DNA of 64,000 bases from an uncultured delta proteobacterium (GTDB lineage Bacteria > Desulfobacterota > Desulfobulbia > Desulfobulbales > SURF-16), in the NCBI GenBank assembly GCA_963729825.1, contig CAVSQR010000077.1:19132-83131 (forward strand), in the 5' to 3' direction. Numbering within the stretch: position 1 is the stretch's first letter; every line of letters begins with the position of its first letter. Shown here in pieces: positions 26,951 through 36,759 of this stretch. The position numbers and the translations under genes were made by a program. The notes below the pieces were generated by a model. The model worked only from the letters and a program-made list of their open reading frames with translations, was not told the origin of the DNA and ran no database searches.

Positions 26951-27695
26951 AAAAATTTCTGCTGCTGCTCACTCCTTTTCTTTTGCTTCTGGCAACGGCG
27001 GACTGCCAGGCGGTCACGCTGCCGACGGTGCAGATCGGCATGGCGGATACCAACGACCCCAAACAGGTTTCCGTGCTCATCGAGATCCTGCTCATTTTCA
27101 CCGTTCTCTCCATTGCGCCGGCCATTATCTTAATGACCACCTGCTTTACCAGGCTTGTCGTTGCCTTCTCCTTTCTGAGCAATGCCCTGGGCACGCAGCA
27201 GATGCCGCCTGCCCAGCTGCTCATAGGGCTTGCCCTGTTTCTGACCATTTTCATCATGACCCCGGTCCTGAAAGAAATGAACGAGACCGCGGTCAAGCCT
27301 TACATGAATCAGCAGATTGATCTGCAGCAGGCCTTTACCCAAGGCATTAAACCCCTGCGCGCCTTCATGTTCAAACAGACCAGGGAAAAGGATCTCGGCC
27401 TTTTTCTCGGCATCGCCAAGATGCAGAAACCGGCCAACAAGGACGAGGTTCCCACCACCGATCCTGGTGCCCGCCTTTGTCATCAGCGAACTGAAAACCT
27501 CCTTCCAGATCGGCTTTATTCTCTTTCTGCCCTTTCTGGTCATCGACATGGTGGTGTGCCAGCGTCCTGCTCTCCATGGGCATGATGATGCTGCCCCCGG
27601 TCATGGTTTCTCTGCCCTTTAAACTGCTGCTCTTTGTGCTGGTTGACGGGTGGTATCTCATCGTCGGCTCACTGGTTAAAAGCTTTGGAGTATAG
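26947..27695 (+). pseudogene. fliP: flagellar type III secretion protein FliP, two frameshifts (about 27460 and 27557)
   Basis: Three frames join to the conserved FliP sequence ..EVPTT|[32 protein letters not shown]|[45 protein letters not shown]. The ORF track shows 26947..27585 and 27317..27622. The last frame ends at TAG 27693-27695. Confidence 0.9.
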
Positions 27696-27697
27696 AT

Positions 27698-27967
27698 ATG
27701 GATCCCCTGGAAGCCATCACCTTAGGTCAGAATGCCATCACCATATCCCTGCTGCTCTCCGCCCCGCTGCTGCTGATCGGCATGGTGGTCGGCCTGCTCA
27801 TCGCCATTTTTCAGGCCACGACCCAGATTCAGGAAATGACCCTGACCTTTGTGCCCAAGATCGTTGCGGTCATGCTTGCCCTGATCTTTTTTTCCTCCTG
27901 GATGCTGATCAAAATGACCGATTACACCCAGGATCTCTTTCTCAGCATCCCGAATCTCATCAGATGA
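27698..27967 (+). CDS. fliQ: flagellar biosynthetic protein FliQ
   Basis: 89 aa with two TM segments. Contains the conserved ..IAIFQATTQIQEMTLTFVPK.. motif. Confidence 0.9.
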   Translation: MDPLEAITLGQNAITISLLLSAPLLLIGMVVGLLIAIFQATTQIQEMTLTFVPKIVAVMLALIFFSSWMLIKMTDYTQDLFLSIPNLIR

Positions 27968-27980
27968 CAGAGAGATAACG

Positions 27981-28772
27981 ATGGTTGACGCCAATTTGCT
28001 GAACTGGACACTGAATCAATTTCTGGCCCTGGTCATTATCATGATCAGAGTGGGGCCGTTGCTCTTTTTCATGCCGATTACCGGCTCGCGCAATGTCCCC
28101 TCCCAGGTCAAGATTCTCCTGACGGTGGCCACTTCCCTGGTCCTGCTGCCGGTTGTCCCGGTCCATGCCGGACAACTGCCGACCACGATCCTCGGCTTTC
28201 TCGTCTTCATTGCCAGCGAGGTATGCTTTGCCGGCATTCTGGCCGTGTTTGCCCGGCTGATTTTTGACGCGGTGCAGATTGCCGGCCAGATGGTGGGCAT
28301 CCAGATGGGTATGGGCATGGCCGGGGTCATGGACCCCCAGTTCGGCAACCAGGTCTCGCTGATCGGCCAGTTCTGGAACCTCCTTGCCATTCTCATCTTT
28401 TTAGGCATTGACGGACATCATCTCTATATCAGGACCCTGCTCGAAAGCTTCAGGTGGGTTGAACCGGGAACCCTGCACGTCAGCCAGGCCACCTTTGAGG
28501 GGATGATGCAGGCTACGGGGCGGATGTTTCTGATGTCGGTCAAAATCATGGCCCCGGCCTCGGCCGCTGTTTTCTTTTCCCACGTGGCCATGGGCATCAT
28601 CGCCAAAACCGTGCCGCAGATTCCCATTCTCATTGTCGGCATGCCGATCAATATCGGGGTGGGTTTTATTTTTGTCGGATTGTCCCTTGGTTATTTTCTC
28701 CCTCTCATGATCAGCCAGTTCGAGATGATGGGAAGGATTCTGCCCAAACTTGCCCAGGGATTGGGAGGATAA
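27981..28772 (+). CDS. fliR: flagellar biosynthetic protein FliR
   Basis: 263-aa polytopic membrane protein in the canonical position after fliQ. Confidence 0.85.
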   Translation: MVDANLLNWTLNQFLALVIIMIRVGPLLFFMPITGSRNVPSQVKILLTVATSLVLLPVVPVHAGQLPTTILGFLVFIASEVCFAGILAVFARLIFDAVQIAGQMVGIQMGMGMAGVMDPQFGNQVSLIGQFWNLLAILIFLGIDGHHLYIRTLLESFRWVEPGTLHVSQATFEGMMQATGRMFLMSVKIMAPASAAVFFSHVAMGIIAKTVPQIPILIVGMPINIGVGFIFVGLSLGYFLPLMISQFEMMGRILPKLAQGLGG

Positions 28773-28775
28773 CAG

Positions 28776-29849
28776 ATGGCTGAAGAACAGAGCGGCCAGG
28801 AAAAAACCGAAGACCCCACCGGCCGAAGACTTCAGGACGCCCGGAAAAAAGGGGATGTGGCCAAAAGCATGGAGGTCCCTTCAGCCGCGGTTCTGCTGGT
28901 CGGGCTGCTGACCATCTACCTGCTCAGCGGCTTTATGCTGGAAAATTTTCTCAACCTGCTGCGCCATTATCTCACCAATCTGCATACCATTCAATATCAT
29001 ACCGGGCAACATGACGATGATCGCCCGGGAGTCCATGCAGCACGTCGCCCTTCTCACCGGGCCGCTCATGCTCGTCCTCTTTATCACCGCCCTGGTTGCC
29101 AATTATGCCCAGGTCGGCGTTCTCTTCTCCACGGAAAAAATAGCGCCCCAGCTGGATAAAATTGATCCGATCAAAGGGTTCGGCCGCATCTTTTCCATGC
29201 AGACCCTGGCAAATACCATCAAGTCGATCGCCAAGCTGATCATTGTCGGCTATGTGGCCTATACAGGAGATCATGAAAAACCTTGACGGCATCGCGCCCC
29301 TCATGGACCAGGATGCCTATGCCATCCTGGTTTTTTATGCCAAGGTTTCCTTCTGGATCTTTCTGAAAGCGGCGCTGATTATCGCTATTCTGGCCGCTAT
29401 GGACTATGCCTTTCAACGCTGGCAGTTCATGAAAAAAATGAAGATGACCAAGCAGGAAGTGAAAGAAGAGGCAAAAATGACCGAGGGTGATCCCCATGTC
29501 AAGGGCCGGATCCGCTCCATCCAGATGCAGATGGCCCGTAAACGCATGATGACCGAGGTGCCCAAGGCCGATGTCATCATCACCAACCCGACCCACCTGG
29601 CCATGGCCCTGGCCTACGACACGCAAGACCATGATCGCCCCGACGGTGATGGCCAAGGGGGCGGGCGTCATCGCCCGGAAAATCAAGGAAGTCGCCCGGG
29701 CATATAACATTCCGATTATTGAGGATAAGCCTCTGGCCCAGGCCCTGTATAAAGCGGTTGAGATAAACGAACAGATTCCCGAGAATCTCTTCCAGGCCGT
29801 GGCCGAGATCCTGGCCTATGTCTACGGTCTGAAAAAGAAAAGCGCGTAA
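28776..29849 (+). pseudogene. flhB: flagellar biosynthesis protein FlhB, three frameshifts (about 28985-29005, 29263 and 29628)
   Basis: Four ORF pieces (28776.., 29011.., 29243.., 29571..) step through frames 0>1>2>0. Joined, they carry the N-terminal EKTEDPTGRRLQDARKKGDV, the NPTH autocleavage motif ([12 protein letters not shown]) and the C-terminal [13 protein letters not shown]. Confidence 0.9.
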
Positions 29850-29916
29850 AAGATCGTGCAGAGTTGCCATCCGCAAACTTGCACCCGCAACTTTAACCTT
29901 ACACTTAATGTGAACC

Positions 29917-32030
29917 ATGGCGGAAAAAACCGACAGCACTTGGCCTGGCAGCCATCAACATCGAACCCTCAAGCCTGATGGTCGCGGTGGGCCTTGTGGG
30001 CATTCTGATGGTCATGATCCTGCCGCTGCCCACCCTCATGCTTGACCTGCTGCTGTCGCTCGGCATTACCATGAGTCTGGTCATTCTGCTGATGGCCATG
30101 TACAACACCGACCCCTTGGAGTTTTCCGCCTTTCCCTCCCTGCTGCTGCTGACCACCCTCTACCGGCTGTCGCTCAATATCGCCTCAACCCGGCTCATCC
30201 TGCTGCACGGCCATGAAGGACCCGGCGCCGTGGGCAAGGTCATCCAGTCATTCGGCAACTTTGTGGTGGGCGGCAACTTTGCGGTGGGACTCATCATCTT
30301 TCTCATCATGGTGCTCATCAACTTCATCGTTATCACCAAAGGCTCCGGCCGTATCGCCGAGGTCGCGGCCCGATTCACCTTGGACGCCATGCCGGGCAAG
30401 CAGATGGCCATTGACGCCGACCTCAACGCCGGCCTGATCAATGAGGAAATGGCCAAAAAACAGACGGGCGGAGATCAGCCAGCAATCCGAGTTTTACGGA
30501 TCCATGGACGGCGCCAGCAAATTTGTCCGCGGTGAGGCGGTGGCCAGTATCGTCATCATGGTCATCAATATCGTGGGCGGACTTTTCATCGGCGTCTTTC
30601 TGGAGAAAATGGCCATCGGCCAGGCCGCGGAAACATATACCCTGCTGACCATCGGTGACGGACTTGTTTCACAGATACCGTCGCTGATCATTTCCACCTC
30701 CGCCGGTATCATCGTCAGCCGCGCCGCCTCCGAAGACAGCATGGGCAAGGAGTTGGTCAAACAGTTCGGCAGGCAGCCCCAGGCCCTGGCCGTGTCTTCC
30801 GGCATCATCCTGCTTTTCGGCCTGATTCCCGGCCTGCCCCACATCCCGTTTCTCATCCTGGGCACAGGCATGGGAGTGCTGGCCTGGTTTGCCTTTCAGT
30901 CCATGGCCGCCGAACAGACGGAAGAGGAAATCGCCGCGGAAAAAAGAAAGGAAACAGCCCCTCCGCCTGGGCTCTCCCGAAACGGTGGAGGCACTGCTTC
31001 CCCTTGACACCCTGGAACTTGAGGTGGGCTACGGCCTGATTCCCCTGGTGGATGAATCCCAGGAGGGTGATCTGCTGGAACGTATCCGGGGCATCCGCCG
31101 CCAGTTTGCCATTGACATGGGTCTTATCGTCCCGCCCCTGCATGTCCGTGACAACCTGCAGATTAAACCCGATGAGTATGTCCTGCTGCTCAAAGGGGTG
31201 GAAATTGCCCGGGGTGAGCTGATGATGGGCTACTTTCTGGCCATGGACTCCGGGGCCGCCAAAAGAGCGATTGAGGGAATTCCCACCGATGGAACCCGCC
31301 TTTAAACTGCCCGCCCTGTGGATTGCCGGCGACAAAAAGGATGAGGCCCAGCTGGCCGGTTATACGGTGGTGGATCCCTCCACCGTGGTGGCCACCCATC
31401 TCACCGAGGTCCTCCGCACCCATGCAGACGAGCTGCTGGGACGTCAGGATACCCAGAAACTTCTCGACAATCTGGCGAAAAATCAGCCAAAGGTGGTGGA
31501 AGAGCTGGTGCCCGGACTGCTCCCCCTGGGAAAACTCCAGAAAGTTCTGCAGAATCTGCTGCGGGAGCGGGTTTCCATCAGAAATCTGCTGACCATCTGC
31601 GAGACCCTGGCTGATTATGCTCCCATGGGAAAAGATCCGGAAATTCTCACCGAGTATGTGCGGCAGAAACTGTCCCGCTCCATCGTCAGCACCATGACCG
31701 ATGATGCAGGCACCCTGTCCGTGCTGACCCTTACCACCCAGATCGAGGATCTTATCCGTGAATCCGTGCAAGCCACGGAACAGGGGTCATTTCTCGCACT
31801 TGACCCGAATCTGGGCCAGAAAATCATCGAAGCGATCCAGGCCAATGGTGGATAAAATTTCCCAGGAAGGATATCAGCCGATCATCATCACCTCTCCGGT
31901 GGTGCGGCGCCATCTCCGCAGGCTCATAGAGAGATTTATGCCCCAGGTGGTGGTATTGTCCCATAATGAACTGACCAACCAGTCAAAGATCCAGTCCCTG
32001 GGCACTGTTGACATGAAAACAAAAAAATAA
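29917..32030 (+). pseudogene. flhA: flagellar biosynthesis protein FlhA, four clear frameshifts (about 30461, 30940-30968, 31288 and 31844) plus a possible one in the A-run 29924-29929
   Basis: Pieces 29978.., 30441.., 30889.., 31271.. and 31758..32030 are colinear with FlhA (memory of Salmonella FlhA). Examples: [18 protein letters not shown]|[24 protein letters not shown]; ELEVGYGLIPLVD; EGIPT|MEPAFKLPALWI; C-terminal PIIITSPVVRRHLRRLIERFMPQVVVLSHNEL. Alternative start is ATG 29978. Confidence 0.9.
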
Positions 32031-32067
32031 CCGTTAACCAGACCAAAGCAAACTACCGACTGAACTC

Positions 32068-33222
32068 ATGCGCATAAAACGATTCGAAGCACCGGACAGC
32101 AAAACAGCCTTTGCCATGGTTAAAAAAGAACTTGGCGAAGAGGCCGTTATCCTGGCCAACAAGACCCTTGATGCCGGAACCCCCAACCAGCGCTATGAGG
32201 TGGTGGCGGCCATGGATTATGACCTCGAAACCATTACCGTTGCCGCGGAAAGCAGCTGCAACTCCATGGCAGACAGGCAACCGGCAATTTACGGCTATGA
32301 ATCGTTCCGCCGGAAAAAGGCCGATTGTCCCCCGGCAACCCCGCAAAAATCGCCGCAGCCGGCCAAAAACAATGAAATAACTCTGGAGGCCAATGACCTT
32401 CGCCTGCGCTTTGCCAGTCTCCTGCGGCAAAAGGGAGCTGAACCACCTGCCAGGAATCAGCAGAAGCCGCCGGTCGCCTCTCCTTTACCCAAGGCCAGAA
32501 AACGTCCCGACCCGGAAGAGGTCAGCCGCTGGCGCAATCAGCTCATCGACCAGCTGCAGATCAGGCCGCCGGCCATCGACAAGGCAAAGGAGCCGGTGAT
32601 ACTGGTGCTCACCGGCCCAACCGGGGTAGGCAAGACCACCACCGCGGCCAAAATTGCCGCCTGGTACAAATTACGGGAAAACTGCAAGGTGGCCCTTCTT
32701 TCCATGGACTGTTACCGCATCGGCGCAACCGATCAGATCAGAACCTACGCCCGTATCATGCAGATCCCCTGCGAGATCGTCCTGCGCAAGAACGATTTGC
32801 GCAAGGCGGTTGACCGGCACCGCGATTGCGATCTGATCATCATTGATACGGCCGGCAAGAGCCCCTATGATATGGCGCACATCGAGGAACTGGCCGGCTG
32901 GCTCTCCGTCATCGACCGCATTGAGCCGCAGCTGGTTGTAAGCGCCACCACCAAGAAAGAAGATCTGAAATACATCATCGAAGCCTATGCCTCGCTTGGT
33001 CCGACAGGCCTTATCCTGACCAAGCTGGATGAAACAAGGGCGTACGCCGCCCTGTGCCAGCAGATTGCCGGAGTTGCAATCCCCATCTCCTATGTCGCAA
33101 CCGGACAGAGGGTACCGGAAGATTTTATCGTCGCCTCAAAACCCTTCCTGGAAAAACTGTTCAAACAGGGATGGAATGCCGTTCTCGGCAATGAAAATGC
33201 TTACTCCGCCAGCGGCTCTTAA
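32068..33222 (+). CDS. flhF: flagellar biosynthesis GTPase FlhF (SRP-type)
   Basis: 384 aa with G motifs GPTGVGKTTT, DTAGKS and TKLDET. Confidence 0.9.
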   Translation: MRIKRFEAPDSKTAFAMVKKELGEEAVILANKTLDAGTPNQRYEVVAAMDYDLETITVAAESSCNSMADRQPAIYGYESFRRKKADCPPATPQKSPQPAKNNEITLEANDLRLRFASLLRQKGAEPPARNQQKPPVASPLPKARKRPDPEEVSRWRNQLIDQLQIRPPAIDKAKEPVILVLTGPTGVGKTTTAAKIAAWYKLRENCKVALLSMDCYRIGATDQIRTYARIMQIPCEIVLRKNDLRKAVDRHRDCDLIIIDTAGKSPYDMAHIEELAGWLSVIDRIEPQLVVSATTKKEDLKYIIEAYASLGPTGLILTKLDETRAYAALCQQIAGVAIPISYVATGQRVPEDFIVASKPFLEKLFKQGWNAVLGNENAYSASGS

Positions 33223-34121
33223 TGAGGAAATTTACCATGCATCAGGCCGAAACCTTGGAAAAAATCATGAATCAGAATCAGAACTCTCGCGGGCGTTATG
33301 CCCTATCGGTATCAGCAAAGGTTCCCAGGGTCATTTGTGTGACGAGCGGCAAGGGAGGAGTAGGAAAAACCAATATTGTCGTCAATCTGGCTTACAGCCT
33401 GACGAAACTGGGGAAAAAGGTCGTGGTGCTGGATGCGGATCTCAACCTGGCCAATGTGGACGTGCTGCTGGGACTGACTCCCCGTCATAATCTGCACCAT
33501 GTTTTTCTGGGGGAAAAAACGCTAAAGGAAATCCTGGTGAAAGGGCCGGGAGGCATCTCTATTCTGCCGGCAAGCTCGGGCGTTCTCGAACTCTCCGACC
33601 TGACCGAGGAGCAAAAACTCTACTTTCTCGCCGAAATGGCGGAACTGGGCGAAGATATCGATATCCTCCTGATCGATACCGCCGCAGGCATCAACAAAAA
33701 TGTCATCTATTTTACCCTGGCTGCCGAGGAGCGGGTGATCGTGCTCACCCCGGAACCCACCTCTCTCACCGACGCCTATGCGATGATCAAGGTCCTCTCC
33801 ACCCGCCATGACGTAAAAAAATTCCGCATCCTGGTCAACTCGGCCCATTCGGAAAAGGAGGCGGTTGCCGTTTTCCGGCAGCTGACCCTGGTGGCCGACC
33901 GTTTCCTGGAAACACTTTCGCTTGATTATCTCGGCTACATCCCTTTTGACAAAAAACTTCCCCAGGCTGTCAGGGCGCAACGGCTTGTCACGGAACTCTC
34001 CCCTCACTGCCCGGCATCCGCCATGTTTCACAAGCTTGCCAAATTCATTGCCGAAGAAGACAAAGTCGCCCAGAGTGATGGAAATATTAAATTTTTCTGG
34101 CAACGACTGCTTGATATATAA
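33222..34121 (+). CDS. flhG: MinD/ParA-family ATPase FlhG (FleN)
   Basis: Deviant Walker A SGKGGVGKT and the DADLNLANVD motif. Position between flhF and fliA. Start could also be ATG 33237. Confidence 0.85.
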   Translation: MRKFTMHQAETLEKIMNQNQNSRGRYALSVSAKVPRVICVTSGKGGVGKTNIVVNLAYSLTKLGKKVVVLDADLNLANVDVLLGLTPRHNLHHVFLGEKTLKEILVKGPGGISILPASSGVLELSDLTEEQKLYFLAEMAELGEDIDILLIDTAAGINKNVIYFTLAAEERVIVLTPEPTSLTDAYAMIKVLSTRHDVKKFRILVNSAHSEKEAVAVFRQLTLVADRFLETLSLDYLGYIPFDKKLPQAVRAQRLVTELSPHCPASAMFHKLAKFIAEEDKVAQSDGNIKFFWQRLLDI

Positions 34122-34160
34122 TATAGTAGGTGAGCGAAGCTATTAGCCGTCTTGGCGGAA

Positions 34161-34982
34161 ATGATCATTCAGCAAGGGACCAATTCACCCCGCGACATGA
34201 ACAAGCAGCAATCACCAAAATTCAAGGATTATACCAAGGCTTACTTCAGCCCTTCCTCCGAACTTTCCCCGGAAAAGCGCAATGAACTGATCCTGACCTA
34301 CACCCCTCTGATCAAATATATCGCCAGCCGCCTCGCCAGCCGCCTGCCAGCCCAGGTGTCCCTTGATGACCTTATCAGCTGCGGCATTATCGGACTCATC
34401 GACGCCATTGACAAATTTGATATGAGCAAAAATGTCCAGTTCAAAACCTATGCGGAATTCCGCATCAAAGGGGCAATGCTCGACGAACTGCGCTCACTTG
34501 ACTGGGTTCCCCGCTCGATCCGCCGTAAAATTACCGATCTGGAGCAAAATTACTCGGTGCTGGAAAAAAAACTGGGGCGCCCTGCCACCGATGAAGAGAT
34601 GGCACAGCAGTTAAAGGTGACCCTGGCGGATTTCCATAAACTGCTGGACGAGACCAAATCCGTAACCTTTCTGGACATCGAGCTTCTTCGCCAGAAAAAC
34701 ACCGACGGCAATTTGTCGGATACCCTGCTTGAGCCTTTCTCCGGCATCGAAACCGATCCGTTTTCAGCGATCAATCTCGCCCAGATAAGGGATCTGGTGG
34801 CCAAGGCCATTGAGGAGTTACCGGAAAAGGAACGATTAACCGTATCCCTTTACTATTATAATGAGCTGACCATGAAGGAAATAGGTCATGTTCTCGGTTA
34901 TACCGAATCACGCATCTCGCAAATGCACAGCAAGGCCATGCTGCGCCTGCGGACAAAACTGAAAAAAGCACTTGCCAGTTGA
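34161..34982 (+). CDS. fliA: flagellar sigma factor FliA (sigma-28)
   Basis: Sigma-70 region 2 (LISCGIIGLIDAIDKFD..F.TYAEFRIKGAMLDELR) and region 4 (LTMKEIGHVLGYTESRISQMHSKA). Start uncertain: TTG 34152, ATG 34161 or ATG 34197. Confidence 0.85.
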   Translation: MIIQQGTNSPRDMNKQQSPKFKDYTKAYFSPSSELSPEKRNELILTYTPLIKYIASRLASRLPAQVSLDDLISCGIIGLIDAIDKFDMSKNVQFKTYAEFRIKGAMLDELRSLDWVPRSIRRKITDLEQNYSVLEKKLGRPATDEEMAQQLKVTLADFHKLLDETKSVTFLDIELLRQKNTDGNLSDTLLEPFSGIETDPFSAINLAQIRDLVAKAIEELPEKERLTVSLYYYNELTMKEIGHVLGYTESRISQMHSKAMLRLRTKLKKALAS

Positions 34983-35153
34983 TGCAAACTTTACGTAACC
35001 TATAAAATCATATACTATTTTTGTTTGTAATTATTTTTCCCGAAAAATCCATTTTGTCCACGATATCAAGTGGAATTTACTTGCTCACAAAATTTTCCGG
35101 GTAATTTTTAAAATCAATGTCATGAAGCCGTTTTTTCATCAGAGGGGGATGAT

Positions 35154-35534
35154 ATGGCAGATACCAATATAAAAGTTCTGGTTGTTGATGATTTTGCCAC
35201 CATGAGGAGGATTGTCAAAAACATCCTGGTGCAGCTCGGATATAAAAATATTGTCGAGGCTGATGACGGTACAACCGCCGTGGATGTTCTCAAGAGCGAA
35301 AAGGTGGACATGATTATTTCAGACTGGAACATGCCCAAGATGACAGGTCTCGACCTGCTCAAACATGTCCGTGGTGATGCCAAGCTGGCCAACATCCCCT
35401 TTATCATGGTTACAGCCGAGGCCCAGCAGGACAACATCATCCTTGCCGTTAAGGCCAAGGTGAGCCAGTATATCGTCAAACCCTTCACCGCCGAAACACT
35501 TGGCGAAAAAATTAACAAGGTTTTCGGCAAGTAA
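35154..35534 (+). CDS. cheY: chemotaxis response regulator CheY
   Basis: 126-aa single REC domain: VVDDF.TMRR, phospho-acceptor in IISDWNMP, and conserved K in YIVKPF. Confidence 0.9.
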   Translation: MADTNIKVLVVDDFATMRRIVKNILVQLGYKNIVEADDGTTAVDVLKSEKVDMIISDWNMPKMTGLDLLKHVRGDAKLANIPFIMVTAEAQQDNIILAVKAKVSQYIVKPFTAETLGEKINKVFGK

Positions 35535-35626
35535 CCCCTGTCGAAAGCAATGCTCCGCTGCCAAGCCCGCGGAATGCCGCTCAGGCACGTTATGTGGACA
35601 GCCTTGTTTTCTTACATACACAATAA

Positions 35627-36538
35627 ATGGCAAAAGACTCTGATTCAAAAGATTTATTTGATTTTGAACTGCCGGAAGGTCTGGACGATGACTTAGGAGG
35701 TGATTGGGAATCGGCTTTTCAGGCAGAGGATTTTATGCTCACGCCTGAAGATGAGGCCGAAGTTTTCTTTGAAAAAGAGGCGGGGCCCAGCGGTGACGAT
35801 CTTGACCTGGCCTCCCTGCTGGAAAGCGATGATTCGCAACCGAACCATGGTTCCCCTCTCTCTCCGACAGCCCCAGCAGCAGAAACAGGCGCGGCGCAAA
35901 GCAAAAAAGCCTTCAGTCTGACCTCTTTTCTGCCAGCTGCTCTCCTGGCCCTCCTGGCCAGATATGCCGGATGGTTTCAATCCCGTCCATTTTATCAGAA
36001 AATCCTTTTCCCAAGCCTGGTTGCTGTCTCCATTATCTCCCTTTGTGCTGTTATTTTTTTCCGCTCCACCAACCAGCAACTGGCCGAGAAACAAGCCGCC
36101 TGCTCTTGCGCCGATCGTTGAAACAAAGTTACCCGCTGACCAAATAAATCAGCCGGGACCAGCTTCCTCTTCGCCCCAGCAGACCCTCCAGCAACCCGCA
36201 GCAACAACCCCGGCCCTTGCTAAAATCAGAAAGAAATGGCCCATGCCGGCTTTTTTTATTGCTGTCCAGCCAAAAGACGGCACCGAGGGACTCCTGGTCA
36301 GAATTGATTTGAATCTGGTTCTTCTTCTTGACCCAAACAGCAATATTCCCGAAGAAAAACGAGCTTTTGTTCGGGATACAATTTTTCAGTTCTTTGTCAA
36401 CCGCCCTCCTGAAGAATTACGCCGTTATTCCTTGCCAGAGGCGAAATGATCCGCAACCTCGAATCCTGGCTGCAAAAAGAATGGCCGCATAATCCCATTG
36501 CCTCCATCATGTTTGATCGCTACCAGGTCCTTAATTAA
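35627..36538 (+). pseudogene. acidic N-terminus / single-TM / FliL-like C-terminal domain protein, two frameshifts (about 36100 and 36434)
   Basis: ORFs 35627..36121 and 35964..36449 plus a third frame ending at TAA 36536-36538. The joined C-terminus FFIAVQPKDGTEGLLVRIDLNLVLLL...RRYSL|ARGEMIRNLESWLQKEWPHNPIASIMFDRYQVLN parallels the FliL domain of 24394..24894. Confidence 0.45.
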
Positions 36539-36676
36539 ATCACCCGCCCCACAAATAATACAATTCTGTAAGCAGTAGCCCATTCTTATTACAATTATGT
36601 GATAAGAATTTTACGCTTTTATTGCCAGTCATTTTTTTATAACACAAAATCAACAGGATAGCGAACAATTACAATC

Positions 36677-36692
36677 TGGCACAGTGTTTGCT
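36677..36692 (+). promoter_or_regulatory. sigma-54 promoter upstream of amtB
   Basis: TGGCAC-AGTGT-TTGCTT, a perfect -24/-12 consensus, 68 nt upstream of the amtB ATG. Confidence 0.75.
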
Positions 36693-36759
36693 TACGTGCG
36701 TAAAGGCTTTTAATCATCTTGGCACACAATGAGATTTCCACAGGGAGGAACCACAAAAA

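Noticed and set aside
26947-32030. Programmed ribosomal frameshifting or recoding as an explanation for the broken flagellar genes
   Set aside because: There are too many events per gene (up to 4-5). I saw no shared slippery heptamer or stimulatory structure at the junctions. The same kind of break also hits unrelated genes (purF, infB, glnN, cobS).
34983-35153. Possible sigma-28 promoter upstream of cheY (CGAAA-N15/16-CACGATAT)
   Set aside because: Only about 5 of 8 positions match the -10 GCCGATAA and the -35 TAAA match is poor. That is not enough to report.
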